A stretch of DNA of 64,000 nucleotides. Source: Chrysomallon squamiferum (lineage: Eukaryota > Animalia > Mollusca). A program made the translations under genes and the position numbers. The notes below the pieces were generated by a model, which was not told where the DNA came from, did no database searches, and was given only the letters and a program-made list of their open reading frames with translations. Location of the stretch: the NCBI GenBank assembly GCA_012295275.1, contig CM022667.1, positions 20,274,001-20,338,000 of the forward strand, read 5' to 3'. Every line of letters starts with the position of its first letter. The stretch's first letter is position 1. Shown here piece after piece: positions 33,711 through 48,947 of the stretch.

Positions 33711-35813
33711 AAATCTCCATATTATGTAAAACAAAACAGTGGCAAGTAAAATAGATAACATACCTATAGCAATACAATAGTATTATAGTATTAGTAAAGT
33801 AAATTCATTGCAGTTATTTTAGTTACATATTTCTCGTGTAATCTTAACAGAAAATCTTTACTATATGTATCCTATATGTATCATTATCTGCTCTACTATT
33901 TACAGTTTCAATAAATTTGAAAATTCATGCAACTTGCCTTATAACCGATCATAACAAATAATCAACGTAACTAGCAAGAACAACAATAAACATCCTGAAA
34001 TGGGATGTGAAATCTTTTTTAGACAAGTAAAATAGTTGTTAGTAATTTTGATTACTGTATATCTGGACAGATCAACAAAGTCAACATAATTTTTATGTAA
34101 AAAAACAGAGAGAAGGCTTGAAACAAGTTCAACTATCATTAATCTAACAGCATTAGTGGTTTTTTGCCATGAGCAAACATTATTTTTTTCTCTCAGTTAG
34201 CTAGTATTTGAATCTGTTTACATAAGGTAAATGGTAAAGTGGTTTTTACTTCAGTCATTATCTGGCAGTCTTTTTTAAAATTTCACTATTAGTGACTAGT
34301 TTTTAAATCAGTATCAACAATATGCAGTTGTGTACCTTTTATGAACTGATCTAATGACCTAAATATATTTTGTAATATTTAGTAGTTACGAAGGATGATC
34401 ATTGCCAATAATTAATTATAATAATATATTTGATAATAAACTCATGAGTACAAACTCTATTCAAATCCTCAGAAAGAAAGTTTAGTAAAGATCTGTATTT
34501 GGAGGCAATAGGAGAAAAGTTAGTGGAATACAGTTATTGTCTGTTGCAACAATAATTTAACAACAGCTGTAGATGAATTCATGTAACTGGGAACCATCAA
34601 ATGCCATTTAAAAATAATAATAATAATAAATAAAAATAAATATATAAAAAAGTTAAAAATTAAAATTAAGATAATGAAAAAAAAAAAAGTTATTGGAGGG
34701 AGACAAAATTATATATTATAACTGCATATTTCATTCAGTTTGACAAAAGCAACAACAACAGAAATAATTCAAGATAATCCCTCAGTATTCAGTCAAATAA
34801 AAATTAAAACTAATTTTGTATTAATAATATATTTATTTATATATTCTGTAATATAATATGTATACATTGCTAATATAAAACTTAAGTCAAAACCAACCAG
34901 ACTGTTTCTTTTGACATCTAAGAAAAGGAAACATCTATATAAAATCTTATTTCACAGAAAAACATAATAAATATGATTGTAACAACCCGTTCATCATCAA
35001 TTAACATTAATGATTATCTCATTTAAAAAAAGAAAATATGACTTTGTAAGTTATAACATATCTAAAATATAAACAATTCTGCTGCCTTATAAAGACTTAT
35101 CATAAATAAAATGATCCTCAATATTTCATAGCAAATCAAAATACTTTAAAAACAATCAAAGAATATTCTTTACCCTGAAAAATATATGGATATGATAAAC
35201 ATAAAAACAAGATTCCTGACAAAATATGGCTCTAAACTTAAAGCTGATGGACAAGAGCTCTAGGACAAAACTAATTAATACAGTCACTTAATAAAAAATT
35301 ATTATTATTAATGTAAAATGTAGTGACAACCACTGTGTGAATTTGTATAACAATGCATTTGGCAACTTAGTAAACTGAATTTCTTTATAAACCAGCTTGA
35401 TAAAGGTAATTGATGAATAAAAGAACAGATAATAATCAAATTTATACATCCCATGCAAAAAAAAGAGAAAAATTAATTGCCTCTAAAACTCCAAACAAAC
35501 CAAGAAATAAAAACTAAGCAAAACAAATAGAAATAATTCCAGCAATGCATCAAGCAGTTACAAAATAATTGTGATTCATTAACTGATGTTTTTCACAAGA
35601 TGAACTTTGTGAAGACTGACATTAATGATACATTTTCATGTTTAAAACAGTTTATTTATGTTGGTATTTATTAGACAGGAACAGCATTAAGTATAAAAAT
35701 TGGGTAAACCAGAATGCTTTGTCGGCCCAAATAAATTTAGCCAAAATTGCTGAAAATATGATTACTGTCAATATAAGAGAACCACCACCCCAACATCAAC
35801 AACAGCAACAACA

Positions 35814-35855
<42 letters not shown>

Positions 35856-36235
35856 TCATTACAACAACAACCACAACAAAACAACTATAACAAAAATTCT
35901 TATGGTTTAAAAGTTTAAACTCTGGTTAGTTATTTTTGGTAAGATAAATTTCTCCTAGGATAATATTCAATGAACAAAGAAAATAAGATTGACACATAAA
36001 TTTACTGATATCTATATTAAATTCCAGATATAAATGTCTTTAAAAAAAATTGTTCAATTTGAGTAAAATAATTATCCATTAACAGATCTATAAATATAAA
36101 TTTCTGAACAAAAATATATAAATTTCATAAAACAATTATCTAAATTATTTGGAAAATTTTATAAGTAATAAAAATATTCTGATGGTTAGTTTCTTAAAAA
36201 TGTTATTATATTCCAGTTGTTTCCAAGGGAGATAA

Positions 36236-38959
36236 TTATTTCCAAGGAGACCATGGTGCTGGAAGCAACAGTCGAGAATGTCCGGTAGGTTTATTATCTG
36301 CAAGAAATATGTTACCATTAATATTATATTTAACAACAAGAATATATCTATATCATTATCTTAAACTTTGAGTTTTAGGTTGTTGTTTTAAAAGGAAATA
36401 TTAAAACATATACACACATTAAAAACAAATTTAAACTGTTAAATGAAACCTAAAATATTTTTCTTTAAATGTAGAAGTTTAAATGAATAAATTAATACAA
36501 TATAAGAAAAAAAAAAAAAAACTCACTGCTAAAATTTCTTTTTGTGAAGTCTGTGGCAACCTCCATACTTTCGTGATGCCAAAGTCGGACTTCTGTTAAA
36601 AAAGATTCTTGGTTGATTTTTTTCTTTTTATAAAAAAAAATCTACAAAAATTAAGATATAAGCACAAATGGATACTATTCAATTTCTTTGGAATAAAAAA
36701 TACTTTTGTTTTTCAAAAACTTTAAACTGAAGGCTTCAAAAATAAATACCAGATATTAAATTATAATATTTACATAGTTAAATATAATGTATGATGATCC
36801 AAAGGACAGGTTCTAGTATCTGTCACCTACAAAATCTAATAATACTGACAAGTTGTGGAATATTCAAAATTTAACAGATGAATCAATACTGAGATGTATA
36901 CACTTACCAGTATTTGTAGGTCCAATGATTGTATTAAATCTTGCTAGGAGAGTAGATTTGTCTTCTCCTGAATTTCCTGATTTTGCATCCATTGCTTTAG
37001 CAAGAATTTGTAATTCATAAACACCTAAATCAAGAATAATACTGTGAATACTACTGACAAAATAAAGTGTCATCTTTAACCTTGCACACTGCTTTGTGAT
37101 GGAAGGTACTACATTAGAATAACTTTTATACAAATCACTTATTTTATTTATTTTTGAAATTAACTAGTCATTGTATGAGATCAAAATATTTTGAAAAAAA
37201 TGAAGATTGTTTTTGTTCTGCAATAATAATATTTTTATAACAGTATGCATAAGTGTGTGTACATAACCCTGGAATTATCAGTATTTGTAGATACTTATTA
37301 CAGGATTAACAATAATATTACATACTTACCTCCTGGTTTTACATCTGTAACCAATTTACAATCTTCAGTGAGTGCAAGAAGCAAGTTGTCTTGATATCTT
37401 AACATTGGCATAGCTTTACCAATATATTCTGTCATCCAGTCAGAATCTTTGGAGAGGGCAAGTCTTACATTTGCTCTGTGCTTTAAATCATCTAGTTAAA
37501 TAAATTAAATTTCAAATTAAAAAGGTAAAAAAAAAAAAAATTGTTATCTAAATAAACTAGATTTACAAAAAATAAACTTTGAAGAAATGTTTACATATGA
37601 ACCTTTAGAGACTACACACATGTAAGAAGAAAACAAACACCCTGAATTTTTTTATTTAAAAAAAAAAGAATGAAGAATTAGATTGTCAAGTTTGATAATA
37701 TAACTTTAGAAATAAACTTTTGAGACAATATTACTTTGTCATTTACACTGGTTGAAATAAAATAAGGTTTGCTGTATTGTTACTACATAAATTATTATTT
37801 CATTTTCTAAAATGGAAAATAATATATGAAGAACTGTATATATCTCCAAAATTAAACAATGAAATGTTTTAACTTTTAACGAAAAGACATTTAATTAGAT
37901 TTTTTTTTTAAAATACATTATATACAAACAGAAATTCTGTGAAAGACAATGCAGTAGCTTAAAGTAAACTAACAGCAACTTCGAACTACAGATAAATGGA
38001 GCAGTAACAGAACCACTACCCAAAAATTAAGTAAACCATAAACCTTGAAAATGTAATTCCTTAAATTGTTATTTCTGCTTTTATTATTATTATTATTATT
38101 ATTATAAATAAATAAATAAATTTGTTGTCGACAGTTCATTCTGAGTTTGTTGTACTGATTTTTAGTTTGTTTTTACTAATTGAAATTGATATTTCAACTC
38201 CATGTTTAATTAAAATATTATCAATTCAAACAAACATAACAAGAATAGTAATAGTCAATATTACTGTGTAATTAATAATAAAGTGTGAGAACAAAACAGG
38301 AGATATTAAAAATATATGTGTGCCACCATTTTTGTGTAGTCATGACATCATTACTTACTTAGAGGGTGGAATACATTGCTTTAGACTTTCCTCTATAATA
38401 ACAATATTGATTAAAAAATAATCTTCTGTCAAAAATCTCTGTCAACAGAACAAGTACCTCCACCATAAACATCAGTATTAAGAAAACTTCCCACACCCAC
38501 ATCAATGATCAGGATTGTTCAGATGGTTTGGGTGCAAAACTTGAAATTTAGCTTTAATTAGCTTTCAGTGTAATAAAATAAATCAGGTTTATTACTGGAA
38601 AGACAAACACCTCACTAAGTATATACATGTACTGAATAAATATTAAAAATATTACCATATTCCCAAATGTGACACACATCACTGATTCCTCCTATTTCAC
38701 TTATCCAGTAGCCAAGCAGCTTTGAGTGAGAACACCTCACGTCCATCCATTCTGTACTTAGCTCTAGAAATGGTTTCAAATCTTTTGGATGAATCCCGTA
38801 TGTACGCAATTCATACACAGGTGATTTCTTTTCTGTACTGAACAGTGCAGCCTAAAACAAATAATGCATGTAAGTACAAAGCAAAAAATGTGCATATTTA
38901 AATCTATGAAATACCAGATGAAAAGATAAAGTTATTTACAATTGTCTTGTTGTTGTTAA

Positions 38960-39019
<60 letters not shown>

Positions 39020-39226
39020 TAATAAAGAAAGAAAGAAAGAATGCAAAAGTTGTGAAAGTATATTTCTGTTTTAAAACCTTTCACTGAAATATGTTTTGAA
39101 ATTTAATCACACTTTCATTAAGTATTACCAATTTTAATTTTACAGAAATCATTTATATTGGCCTATATAAATAATAAATATATAGATAAATAAGATTCAA
39201 AAAAGCAAAAATAAAAATAAAAAATA

Positions 39227-39275
<49 letters not shown>

Positions 39276-39442
39276 GAAAAAATAATTTGAAAAAAACAAA
39301 CAAAAAACAAGAGAAAATAATATAATTATATATTATATAGCAGTAATTTGATAAATTCCGTTCGTATTTATATTCTTGCCTTTTTGTCTTAAAATGTCAT
39401 TCAAAGGAATTAATAAAATCATGCTAAACCATTGGACGGACT

Positions 39443-39495
<53 letters not shown>

Positions 39496-39567
39496 CATTA
39501 GCACCTGTGTCGACCTAAATATAAACGTAGCATTTTTGAGATTTCTAAGTTTTAGAATTCCAGCCAT
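36236..39567 (-). CDS. NIPSNAP3: NipSnap family protein (NIPSNAP3-like), 6 exons
   Basis: Phase-consistent exons 39567-39505 (MAGILKLRNLKNATFIFRSTQ, mitochondrial-transit-like), 38851-38656 (VYELRTYGIHP...LLGYWISEIGGISDVCHIWEY), 37491-37330 (DDLKHRANVRLALSKDSDW), 37024-36908 (GVYELQ...), 36592-36527 and 36297-36236 (SRLLLPAPWSPWK*). Confidence 0.85.
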
Positions 39568-40384
39568 CGCTATTTTACGCTGAAGTGTCCAAATCTGACA
39601 ACGATATCTTATTTACGTTTGTAATGTGTTTATTTATGCTCGACAGTAATTATTTTACTAATGTTTAATCTAATAAAAATCGGAACTTTGATGATTTGTA
39701 CGTATTCTATTTACCGAGAAATACCGAAAACAACCGTTGAATACCGACTAACGGCAACTTCAAACTACAGATAAATGTAGCAGTAACAGAACCAATGAAT
39801 ATAAAAAATTCAGTAAACCATAAACCTTAATAATAATAATATTATTAGCTTTGTTATTGTTGATATTATTATTATTGTTGTTGTTGTTGTTGTTGTTGTT
39901 GTTATTATTATTATTATTAAATAAATAAATAAATAAAAAAATTTGTTGTCGGCAGTTCATTCTGAGTTTGTTGAACTAATTTTTGTTTATTTTTACTAAT
40001 TCTGTGTTTTGGTTTTTTTTTTTTTTTTTTTTGGTTGTCAGTAATTTTGTATATTTATAATAAGTAGATCGATTATAAGCATGTAATCAGTAATTATGCT
40101 TTTATTGTCTAAACTCCTGGATTTGTTGCCATTAATTAATAAACATAGCTTGGATATTGTCATCTATATATTTACGCGTAATGACAATATATACAGAATT
40201 CCAAATCAACCAAAAGTGAGCATATTCAGCAATTCTGGGTATACTAAAAAATACGCCATTGTTGCATGGGCAAGATATTGGCTATTTTCAGATTGTTGAC
40301 AGTGCACCTAAGTTGTGGAAAACTTTATAAGCAGTAGTTTATTTATTTATTTATTTATTTATTTATTCATTTATTATTATTTCT

Positions 40385-40423
<39 letters not shown>

Positions 40424-40614
40424 GCTTAAAGTTAAATTAGAAATGTTATATTAACATCAGTTGCCTCTAAAAACCCTGTTCGTTTATTCTGAAATTTGGA
40501 CATATAGTCACTTTGGAGTTATCGCCCCAGATGGCACTGTTAAGTGACATGTGATTAGTATATATTTTAATGTGATCCTGATTGTGACGCCAGCCTGCAA
40601 GATAAATTGTCAAA
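39568..40614. promoter_or_regulatory. Divergent (head-to-head) promoter region of NIPSNAP and ATP6V0D1
   Basis: The two start codons face away from each other ~1.05 kb apart; CpG is locally retained near both. Confidence 0.6.
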
Positions 40615-43187
40615 ATGATGCCCGAATTAACCTTCAATATTGATCATGGATATTTAGAAGGAATTGTCCGAGGATTTAAAGCAGGAATATTAAAACAGAC
40701 TGATTATTTAAATTTGGTACAGTGTGAAACGTTGGAAGGTGTGTTCATCAGATATTGACGTATTTTTGACATGAGTGTAGAAACCAGGAAATAAGCATAG
40801 GCAATAGCGTTTCATTCATTAAAATAATATTTTATATATTTCTTAAAATTCGAAGTGAAATAATATTCTATGTCTGAATGTTAAAATGCATATTTTCATA
40901 TTAATTTTTGTGTTAACTGAAATTTATCACCATGATCTTACGTTTCATTAGCTTGCGTTTATTATTTAATGGCCACTTGTTCTTGTTGCATTTACGAAAA
41001 AATATTTGACAGTGGTTTGACAAACCACAGCAGTTATCTTAGACATTTTATATGACCTTTTTATATTTGCTGTAGCATCACAACAACAGATTTTAGTCAG
41101 TCATAATTATTAATGCAACAAGTACTCTATCTTAATTGTGATTATACAATGAAAACTATAGATGTATTTTTCAGCTTTTATTTATTTATTTATTCATTTT
41201 TATATCATAGATTTGAAACTCCACCTGCAGAGCACAGATTATGGTAACTTTCTTGCAAATGAACCGAGTCCACTAACTGTATCAGTCATAGATGACCGAC
41301 TGCGAGAAAAACTTGTAATTGAATTTCAGCATCTGAGAAATCATTGTATTGAACCACTGGCCACATTCCTTGATTACATCACGTTAGTATGTCAGTTAAA
41401 GGTATCTTTGTGATACACGTTAGTATGTTATTCAAAGAATCTTTCTAAATATATTGTGTAATTAATAATATAGTTTAAAAACAAAAGAGGAGATATTAAA
41501 AATATATGTGTACCACCATTTTTCTGTAGTTATTTACTTAGAGTGTGGACTACTTTGTTTTAGACTTTCCATCAGTGTTTGTGGAGGGGGAGATATCCTC
41601 AACCATGTTGATGATGATATAAAATATATGGATGGGTAAAATGCCTATTATTTTACTTTGTTATGATAATAGATTGCCCAATAAAATTATAACCTGGAAG
41701 TATAAATAGTTTTACTGGACTATGTATTGAATAGTATTACAGATATATGTATTTTAAGTAACAATTATACTAACATGGTGTCTCTCTAATTTCAGTTACA
41801 GCTACATGATTGACAACATCATTCTGCTTATCACAGGCACTCTTCACCAACGACCAATTAATGAGCTTATTCCAAAGTGTCATCCTCTGGGAAGTTTTGA
41901 ACAAATGGAGGCAATACACATTGCATCAACACCTGCTGAACTGTACAATGCTGTACTAGTTGATACACCCCTGGGTAAGACACACTAATGTAAAAAAAAA
42001 TCGACAATTCCATTCAGTTTCCATTCCATTTAAAAAATCTATTTAATTTTTTTGGGGTATATTACTATATGTTTTTTTTTTTTAAAGAATAAATAATAGA
42101 TTTCAGTACATCTATTCTCAAGATAGTATTATTTTAACATATTTGCATTTTTTAGAGATATAACCATGTAAATGAAAATAATCAGTTTTTAAAGACAGAA
42201 TCATCTGATAGTATATGCAGTAACTGGTTTTGAAAATACTTAAATTTACCTTCATTATACTAAAATTAATTCACTCTTAAAATAATTTCAACTTCTGTTT
42301 TTGTTTTGTTTATAAATTTAAATTTTATGCTTTATTTTTTATTGTTTATAGCACCATACTTCATTGACTGTATCTCAGAACAGGATCTGGATGAAATGAA
42401 TATTGAAATTATTCGGAACACTTTATACAAGGTAAATTCAGCATTTTAATTCCTTCTACCATTTAGTCAGTGTAATAAAGTAATTTTACTAGAAAGGGAA
42501 TTACAACATTAAACAAGTTTGAACATCTCTTATCTACATTTTATATGTGTGTGTATATATATATATATATATATAGAGCTATATGGGGAAATATTTTATG
42601 CTGGGCCAGTATCAAATGTTAAACTTTGGAAACAAGTTAATTTGAAAAAGATACTGAGTGTATTACTGGTCACAGTTATTGAGGGTTTGAACGTTGATAA
42701 TAATAATAATAATAAAATAACTAAATTATACTGGCTAACTAGCATTATGGTATATAGATGACTACACATTATATCCTCATCTGTGTAGTGAAGATGGAAA
42801 ATAAAATAATCCATACAATTGTAACTAATTTTCCCCAGCCATGCCTTCTAAAGCCAAAAATTGATGTTGGTGCAGTATGAACGTGGAAGTATTATGTTTT
42901 GTGCTTCATGCATGACAGAGGAAGAACTGGTTTGTTACTGCTCGATCAAAGAATTACAAAATGTCAGCTTGAATGAAATGAAATTAAAACAGGCAGTGTT
43001 GTTAAGTCAACTGGAACTGCAGTGGTTGTGTTCACCATGTTAATAAGAAACAAACCACTTGTTTGCATTTAGTAAAATGTCACGAGTTAAATAAAACATC
43101 TTGGCTGACAGCAATATTACAACATCAAAGATCATTTAACAGCATCTGAATTAGTTCCATATAAAATAGCATGTCAGCCAATCAGTG

Positions 43188-43226
<39 letters not shown>

Positions 43227-43385
43227 TGTGCATACACAAACATATACACACACGTGTGTATTTATGTGAATGTGTATGTAGGCATATGTGCATAATTTTA
43301 TATTCATCTGTACATATATATATATACACATATACATAAATTTATGTATATGTATATGAGAATGTGTGTTGGTATGTATATGTGG

Positions 43386-43420
<35 letters not shown>

Positions 43421-44916
43421 ATTTATTTATTTTTCCAGATTATGATTGTTCTTTTAAGCTAAACTGATAAAAAAAAAGATGGTGTGGACAGTTCATGTTA
43501 TTATAAAAATAAAAAATATTTATATTCCAGGCATACTTAGAAGACTTCTATGGTTTCTGTAAACAGTTAGGTGGAGCCACAGCAGAAGTGATGTGTGAAG
43601 CTCTTGCTGTGAGTATTAGCAGTTTAAAAAAAACAAAAAAAATTGAAAATTCTGTGATGTTGATATTGTTGCACTAAAACTAGATTGGAATTGTTCATTA
43701 TAAATAATAAATAAAATATTTCAGCCATTTATCGAATGATGTCTTACAAGAAAAAAAAGAAAAAATGATAGGACTTTACCTTTATTTATTATTTTACTAC
43801 TGTATCTGTGCAAAAATTCAGGTCTGTTTATTGTTTAGCCCTGACTTGATTTGTTATTTTCAGTTTGAAGCAGATCGTCGTGCAATAATCATAACCATCA
43901 ATTCGTTTGGGACAGAACTGAGCAAAGAAGATCGAGAGAAGCTGTACCCAAAATGTGGAAACCTTTACCCAGATGGGTTATCAAAGCTTGCCAAAGCTGA
44001 AGACTATGATCAAGTCCGCCAGATTGCTGACTACTATGCTGTAAATAATCAACTTACATTTATTTACAATGAGTAATAAGAATATGTTTCAGAAGCAATT
44101 GGTTTATATTTATATGATATTTGTTGTAAATTTTAAAATTCACTAATATGTGTGTTTTGTTTGTGTGTGTCAATTTAAGAGTGTGGGTTTTCATTGATAG
44201 AAACATACATAAGTAAAATAATGGATATTTTAAAAAAAATCAAGAAAATGTTGTATGTTTGGTTTGTTGTTTTAAAGGTTTTCATCTTAGTGTTTTATTT
44301 GAACAGGAATACAAAGAGCTTTTTGATGGTGCTGGGACAAATCCTGGAGACAAAACACTGGAAGACAAATTTTTTGAACATGAGGTAAGTTAGTTGTTTC
44401 TATAGCAAAATTTGTGGCAGAAATAAAATTATTGATCCTATTCAAGTTAGTAATAAATTAATGACTTACATACAAAGGAATGATTTGTATTCTAAAGTTT
44501 TAACAAACATAATTTATTTTTATTTGGTAATGATAATTATACAGGTTGCTGAAATTTATTATTCTAAAAGTAGACAAATAAATGAATACATATTTTAAAT
44601 AGCCAAACAAAACACCAAATACCATATTTTTTATGCTTTTCCAACTAGCTCTCTATGTTTAAAGTACATTTTGCTGAAGGTTCTGTCCATGTATCATAAT
44701 TTTAAATGTGTTTCATATAAAGTTGAGTAAATTGTTTTTTTTATTTATTCGTAGGTAAAACTTATGAAGCAGTCATTCATGCAGCAGTTTCAGTTTGGAG
44801 TGTTCTATGCCTACGTGAAGCTGAAAGAACAGGAATGTCGCAATATCATCTGGATAGCAGAATGTGTGGCACAGCGACACAGAGCCAAAATTGACAGCTA
44901 CATTCCAATATTCTGA
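40615..44916 (+). CDS. ATP6V0D1: V-type proton ATPase subunit d (V0 sector), 8 exons
   Basis: Exons 40615-40738 ([41 protein letters not shown]), 41211-41382, 41796-41974, 42352-42431, 43531-43608, 43864-44040 ([19 protein letters not shown]), 44307-44384 and 44755-44916 (...[20 protein letters not shown]); all GT-AG, highly conserved sequence. Confidence 0.97.
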
Positions 44917-47900
44917 AATCAGATTTACAAAACTTGACTTGATAATGAATGTAAAACTGATTTGTTCTAGGCTGTGATGTAATTAGTCTAGAAATTGACA
45001 TGATCAGGAATTTAGTTTTGGGTAAAACGGAATCAGAATTTTATATTTTAGCTGCAACTTCAACAAAAAAACGTTATGTGTTACTTTGCAAGATCCTTCA
45101 AGAGACTAATATAAAATTACATGTTTTTAAATTTATTTAAATCACAACTGCTGTAGTCAGTTCAGATATAAAAACGTGTGGATTATGAAACAACTGATTT
45201 AGATGGTAGTTATAATATGTATACAGAAACAAATTCAGATTAAGATATGCTTAATGTTTAGTAGTTGAGTCCAAATGTTGTGTTAAAGTGTTACGGTAAA
45301 AATTATTATTTAAATTATATAATGTTGTTCATAAATTGTCAGACTGTTGATATGAAAGATAATGTGCGTTTCATTACAGTAAACCCTCAGTTTAACAGAT
45401 TTAGCAGCAAAACAAAGAGCTGTATTAATTATTTTTACAGCTAAAGCTAGGATTTCAGTAGCTACAGAAACAGTGAAGCATAATTCACACAATGCTGGGT
45501 GTCGCAGGATAATTCACACCCATGACTACTCAGTTTAGCATCAGTGATATGAGGCACATCTTGATTCTGTATAATCATAATTGTTAGTTTTTATTGAGAT
45601 AAACTGTTTTATTTCTACTGGTTTGCCACAATCTACCAGTAAGCAAAGTTTGTACGTTTCAGATTTGGAAGGTGCCTATTTATTCATGGTTAAGAACATT
45701 GGTTCAAAAGTTTTATTTTAATAAAAAAAAGTTTAGAAAAGGGTATATGGATTAGTTGTATAGTCATTCAATTGATGTGCATTAATGTTTTAAAATATTA
45801 GCTATTTAACACTTTGGAATTAATCAACAAATATATCTTCATCCTATCTTGTCTGTAAAATTGAGGGTCTGTTACCTATATAAAATGTATATTGTGAATA
45901 TATGACAGTAAATAAACAGTTGTCACAATTACTTTTCTTTGTGTTATTAATTTCTCTTCAAAAACACAGAAACTAGTAAGAAACATCAACTTATTTTTAC
46001 CACGTGCATGTTGAATAAAGGATTATGTTAAGTCATCCCAGAATGAATTCTGAAAATGTTAATTTAATTTTAATTAGTCAATTTAATTTAATTTTAATTA
46101 TTATTTACTGCATAAACCTAGATTATTTTGAAAAAATGCTTGACTTCAGCATTTTTAATTCAGCTTTTATTTTTTGAACACTGCATGCACCAGTAATTAT
46201 AATTAACCATGCAAAGAACCATGAAAGATCAGTTTTACTTTCATCTGTTTAGCACCATCAAAGAAAAATCTTTACCAAAAGCAGCAAGTACTGTAAAGAC
46301 TCATGGGAATTATTTTGTTAACCAATACTTTCATTTATTGCTATATTTTTCAATTACTTGTTTTTGTACCAACAATCTCTATTCTGTCAATTCTGTGAGT
46401 GTGGACATCAATATTTTATTTCTTTCTTTTCCAAAAGATCTCGTTTTCCTAATTTAATGGATAAAATGTAATCATTGTAAAATAATGTGATTACATACTT
46501 ATTGTGTTCAACCTTCTGACTTGTAACTTGTATTCTGCTACATTCATCTTTATTTAACGACTGATTTGTAATCCTCATCTTTAAACCAGTGTAAAATGTT
46601 AATTTTTTATTTTACATCAGATAATTTAAAAAAATGAAATAGTAAGGAAAATGTTTTTTAATTAAAATGCATGGCTCTGTAATGACATTCATGGGCATAC
46701 ATCTAAGGACAGAACATTGTTGTCATCCAAGAGAGTAAATGCTGAAATACTGGAAAATATTTGCGAAACTGTTTATATGAGTGAAATAGCCACTTTTTGA
46801 TATTTCACAACAAAAATACTAAATTTCTGAAATTTCACTGTCAGTGGTGCATTTGTACACACTGCAGGGCACTCTATACAGCAAGGTTCAAAGAACTAAA
46901 AACCAGCAAAACATTATTATTATTATTAGTATTTTTATTAGTATTAATACATAATTAGAAAAAGGAGTTTTATTTGTTTTTAAACAAAAATAACAGGGTA
47001 GTGCTAACATTAAAATTTTGTACAAATGCATACATTTTACAAAAACGATCAGTTCAGAAATTTCTATACAGTTCGTTATTCTACAACTGAAAAAAAATAT
47101 ATACATTAAATATATCAAATTTATAAATATAAAAACATTCCAAGAAAAGGTAATAAAGATTCATCTTTATTTTTATGCCATTATTAAATATGCTATGGCT
47201 TATCAGATGCTACTCAGAATATTTATACAGAATAAAAATTTCCTTTTATAAATAACATTATGCCCAACAGCGTTATTTTGATAATACTGTATGCATTTTT
47301 AGTTTAAAAAAATATATGTAATGATAACCGTTTTCATTTTCTGACCCTGAGCAATCTATGACTGGAAATCAGACCCTGTATCATTCCAATAAAAATTAAT
47401 TTGCATTTTGTAAATCCCAAAACTACTGATGATGATGAACTAAGGAAATGTTTATATTAACAGTCAGCCTGGCAAGAGACCATGTGGCTCAGAGAAGAAA
47501 ATGTTTACTGTCTTTCTTTAAAGTCTAATAAACTTCACTTTTTGAAAAACTGAAATTCTTCATTAAAATATTTTTAATGTTTATTTATAAATGTCTTTGT
47601 TATTTCCTGTATTTGTGGATGGCAGTAAACGTATTAATAACTTTGCTTTCTGTGAGTGAAATTCTCCAGATCACGGTTTATTTGTTTATTTCTTTCTTTT
47701 GTTTACCTTGGAAAAAGTACTCTTCAAACAAAAACATTAACTGAAAGAATTAAATCAAAGTTGCTTATACAGACTGACGTGAAAACGCTGAATCAAATTC
47801 CTAAAACCAGTATTTTTAACAGAGGCACAACTTGATATAAAAAAAACCTAACAATATCCCACCAAAATCAACACAAAACAAAAAAATAAAAATACAAACA

Positions 47901-48207
47901 CAAAAACAAAACACAACCCTGTCATTATCCGATAACCAAATTAAAAACAAAAACCATCTTTATAAAAACCTGTAATTTAAGCAAATAAAAGGAGAAAATA
48001 AATGGTGTTCTTGTTTTAATTTTAGTTTATATATATTTTCCCTGAATATAGTTTAAGGTATTGGAAATAATTCATGTTTTTCTTGATTATCTCCTGTCTA
48101 GTTAAAATAGCCATGAACTTTATTTATCATAAGTAAGAAAGTAGACAGGGTAGGTAACGTCAAACAAAATGTCCAACACACACACACACACACACACTCA
48201 TCCACTT

Positions 48208-48260
<53 letters not shown>

Positions 48261-48947
48261 CTCACATTAGTCATTGCACATAATACCTGAAATATTCAAA
48301 TATTCAATTATTTCATTAATGAACTGATTGGTTTTCTGTTACACAAAATAAAAATCAAATGTATTTATCCTGTTAACTACTGTCTTGGTTCTTAGGGATT
48401 TCTAAACATAATTTGGCTTTAACTCTATAAATCAGAAACAACATGAAGATTTCAGAGATACCATACAAAGCCATTTAGTTTTGCAAAATGTTAGAAACCA
48501 GAGACAAATAGTTTAATAGCTTATAAATAAATAGTTCAAAGTAAATATAAAAATGTTTAAATGTGTGAAAAACGTTCTTAAATATAATAAAATATGCACC
48601 AAAATATTGTTTATTATTTCCAAAGCATTTGGCATTTTATATAATGCCTGGATATGATTTTCAATAATTTCATAAAATACTGAAATAACTGGTCCTGTAA
48701 CCCAGATACACATACATACATACACATAGACATACATACATACATTTCTTTGACAGTGTTAATTATACATGAAATCACAGATTGATTATGAGGAAGAGGT
48801 CACCAAATTCCTTAATGCACCAAAATTCTAAATACGTTTCATTCACTAAATAATCTAGATGATTAATATTCATGAGTATCAAAGACTATCGCATCTAAAG
48901 GTTTGCATCTAAGAAACGAGATAAAATATTCACTGGGATAAACTAGT

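Noticed and set aside
40545-40556. CLEAR/M-box (TFEB/MITF) site upstream of the V-ATPase d gene
   Set aside because: Only a single imperfect CATGTGA; plausible but not distinguishable from chance.
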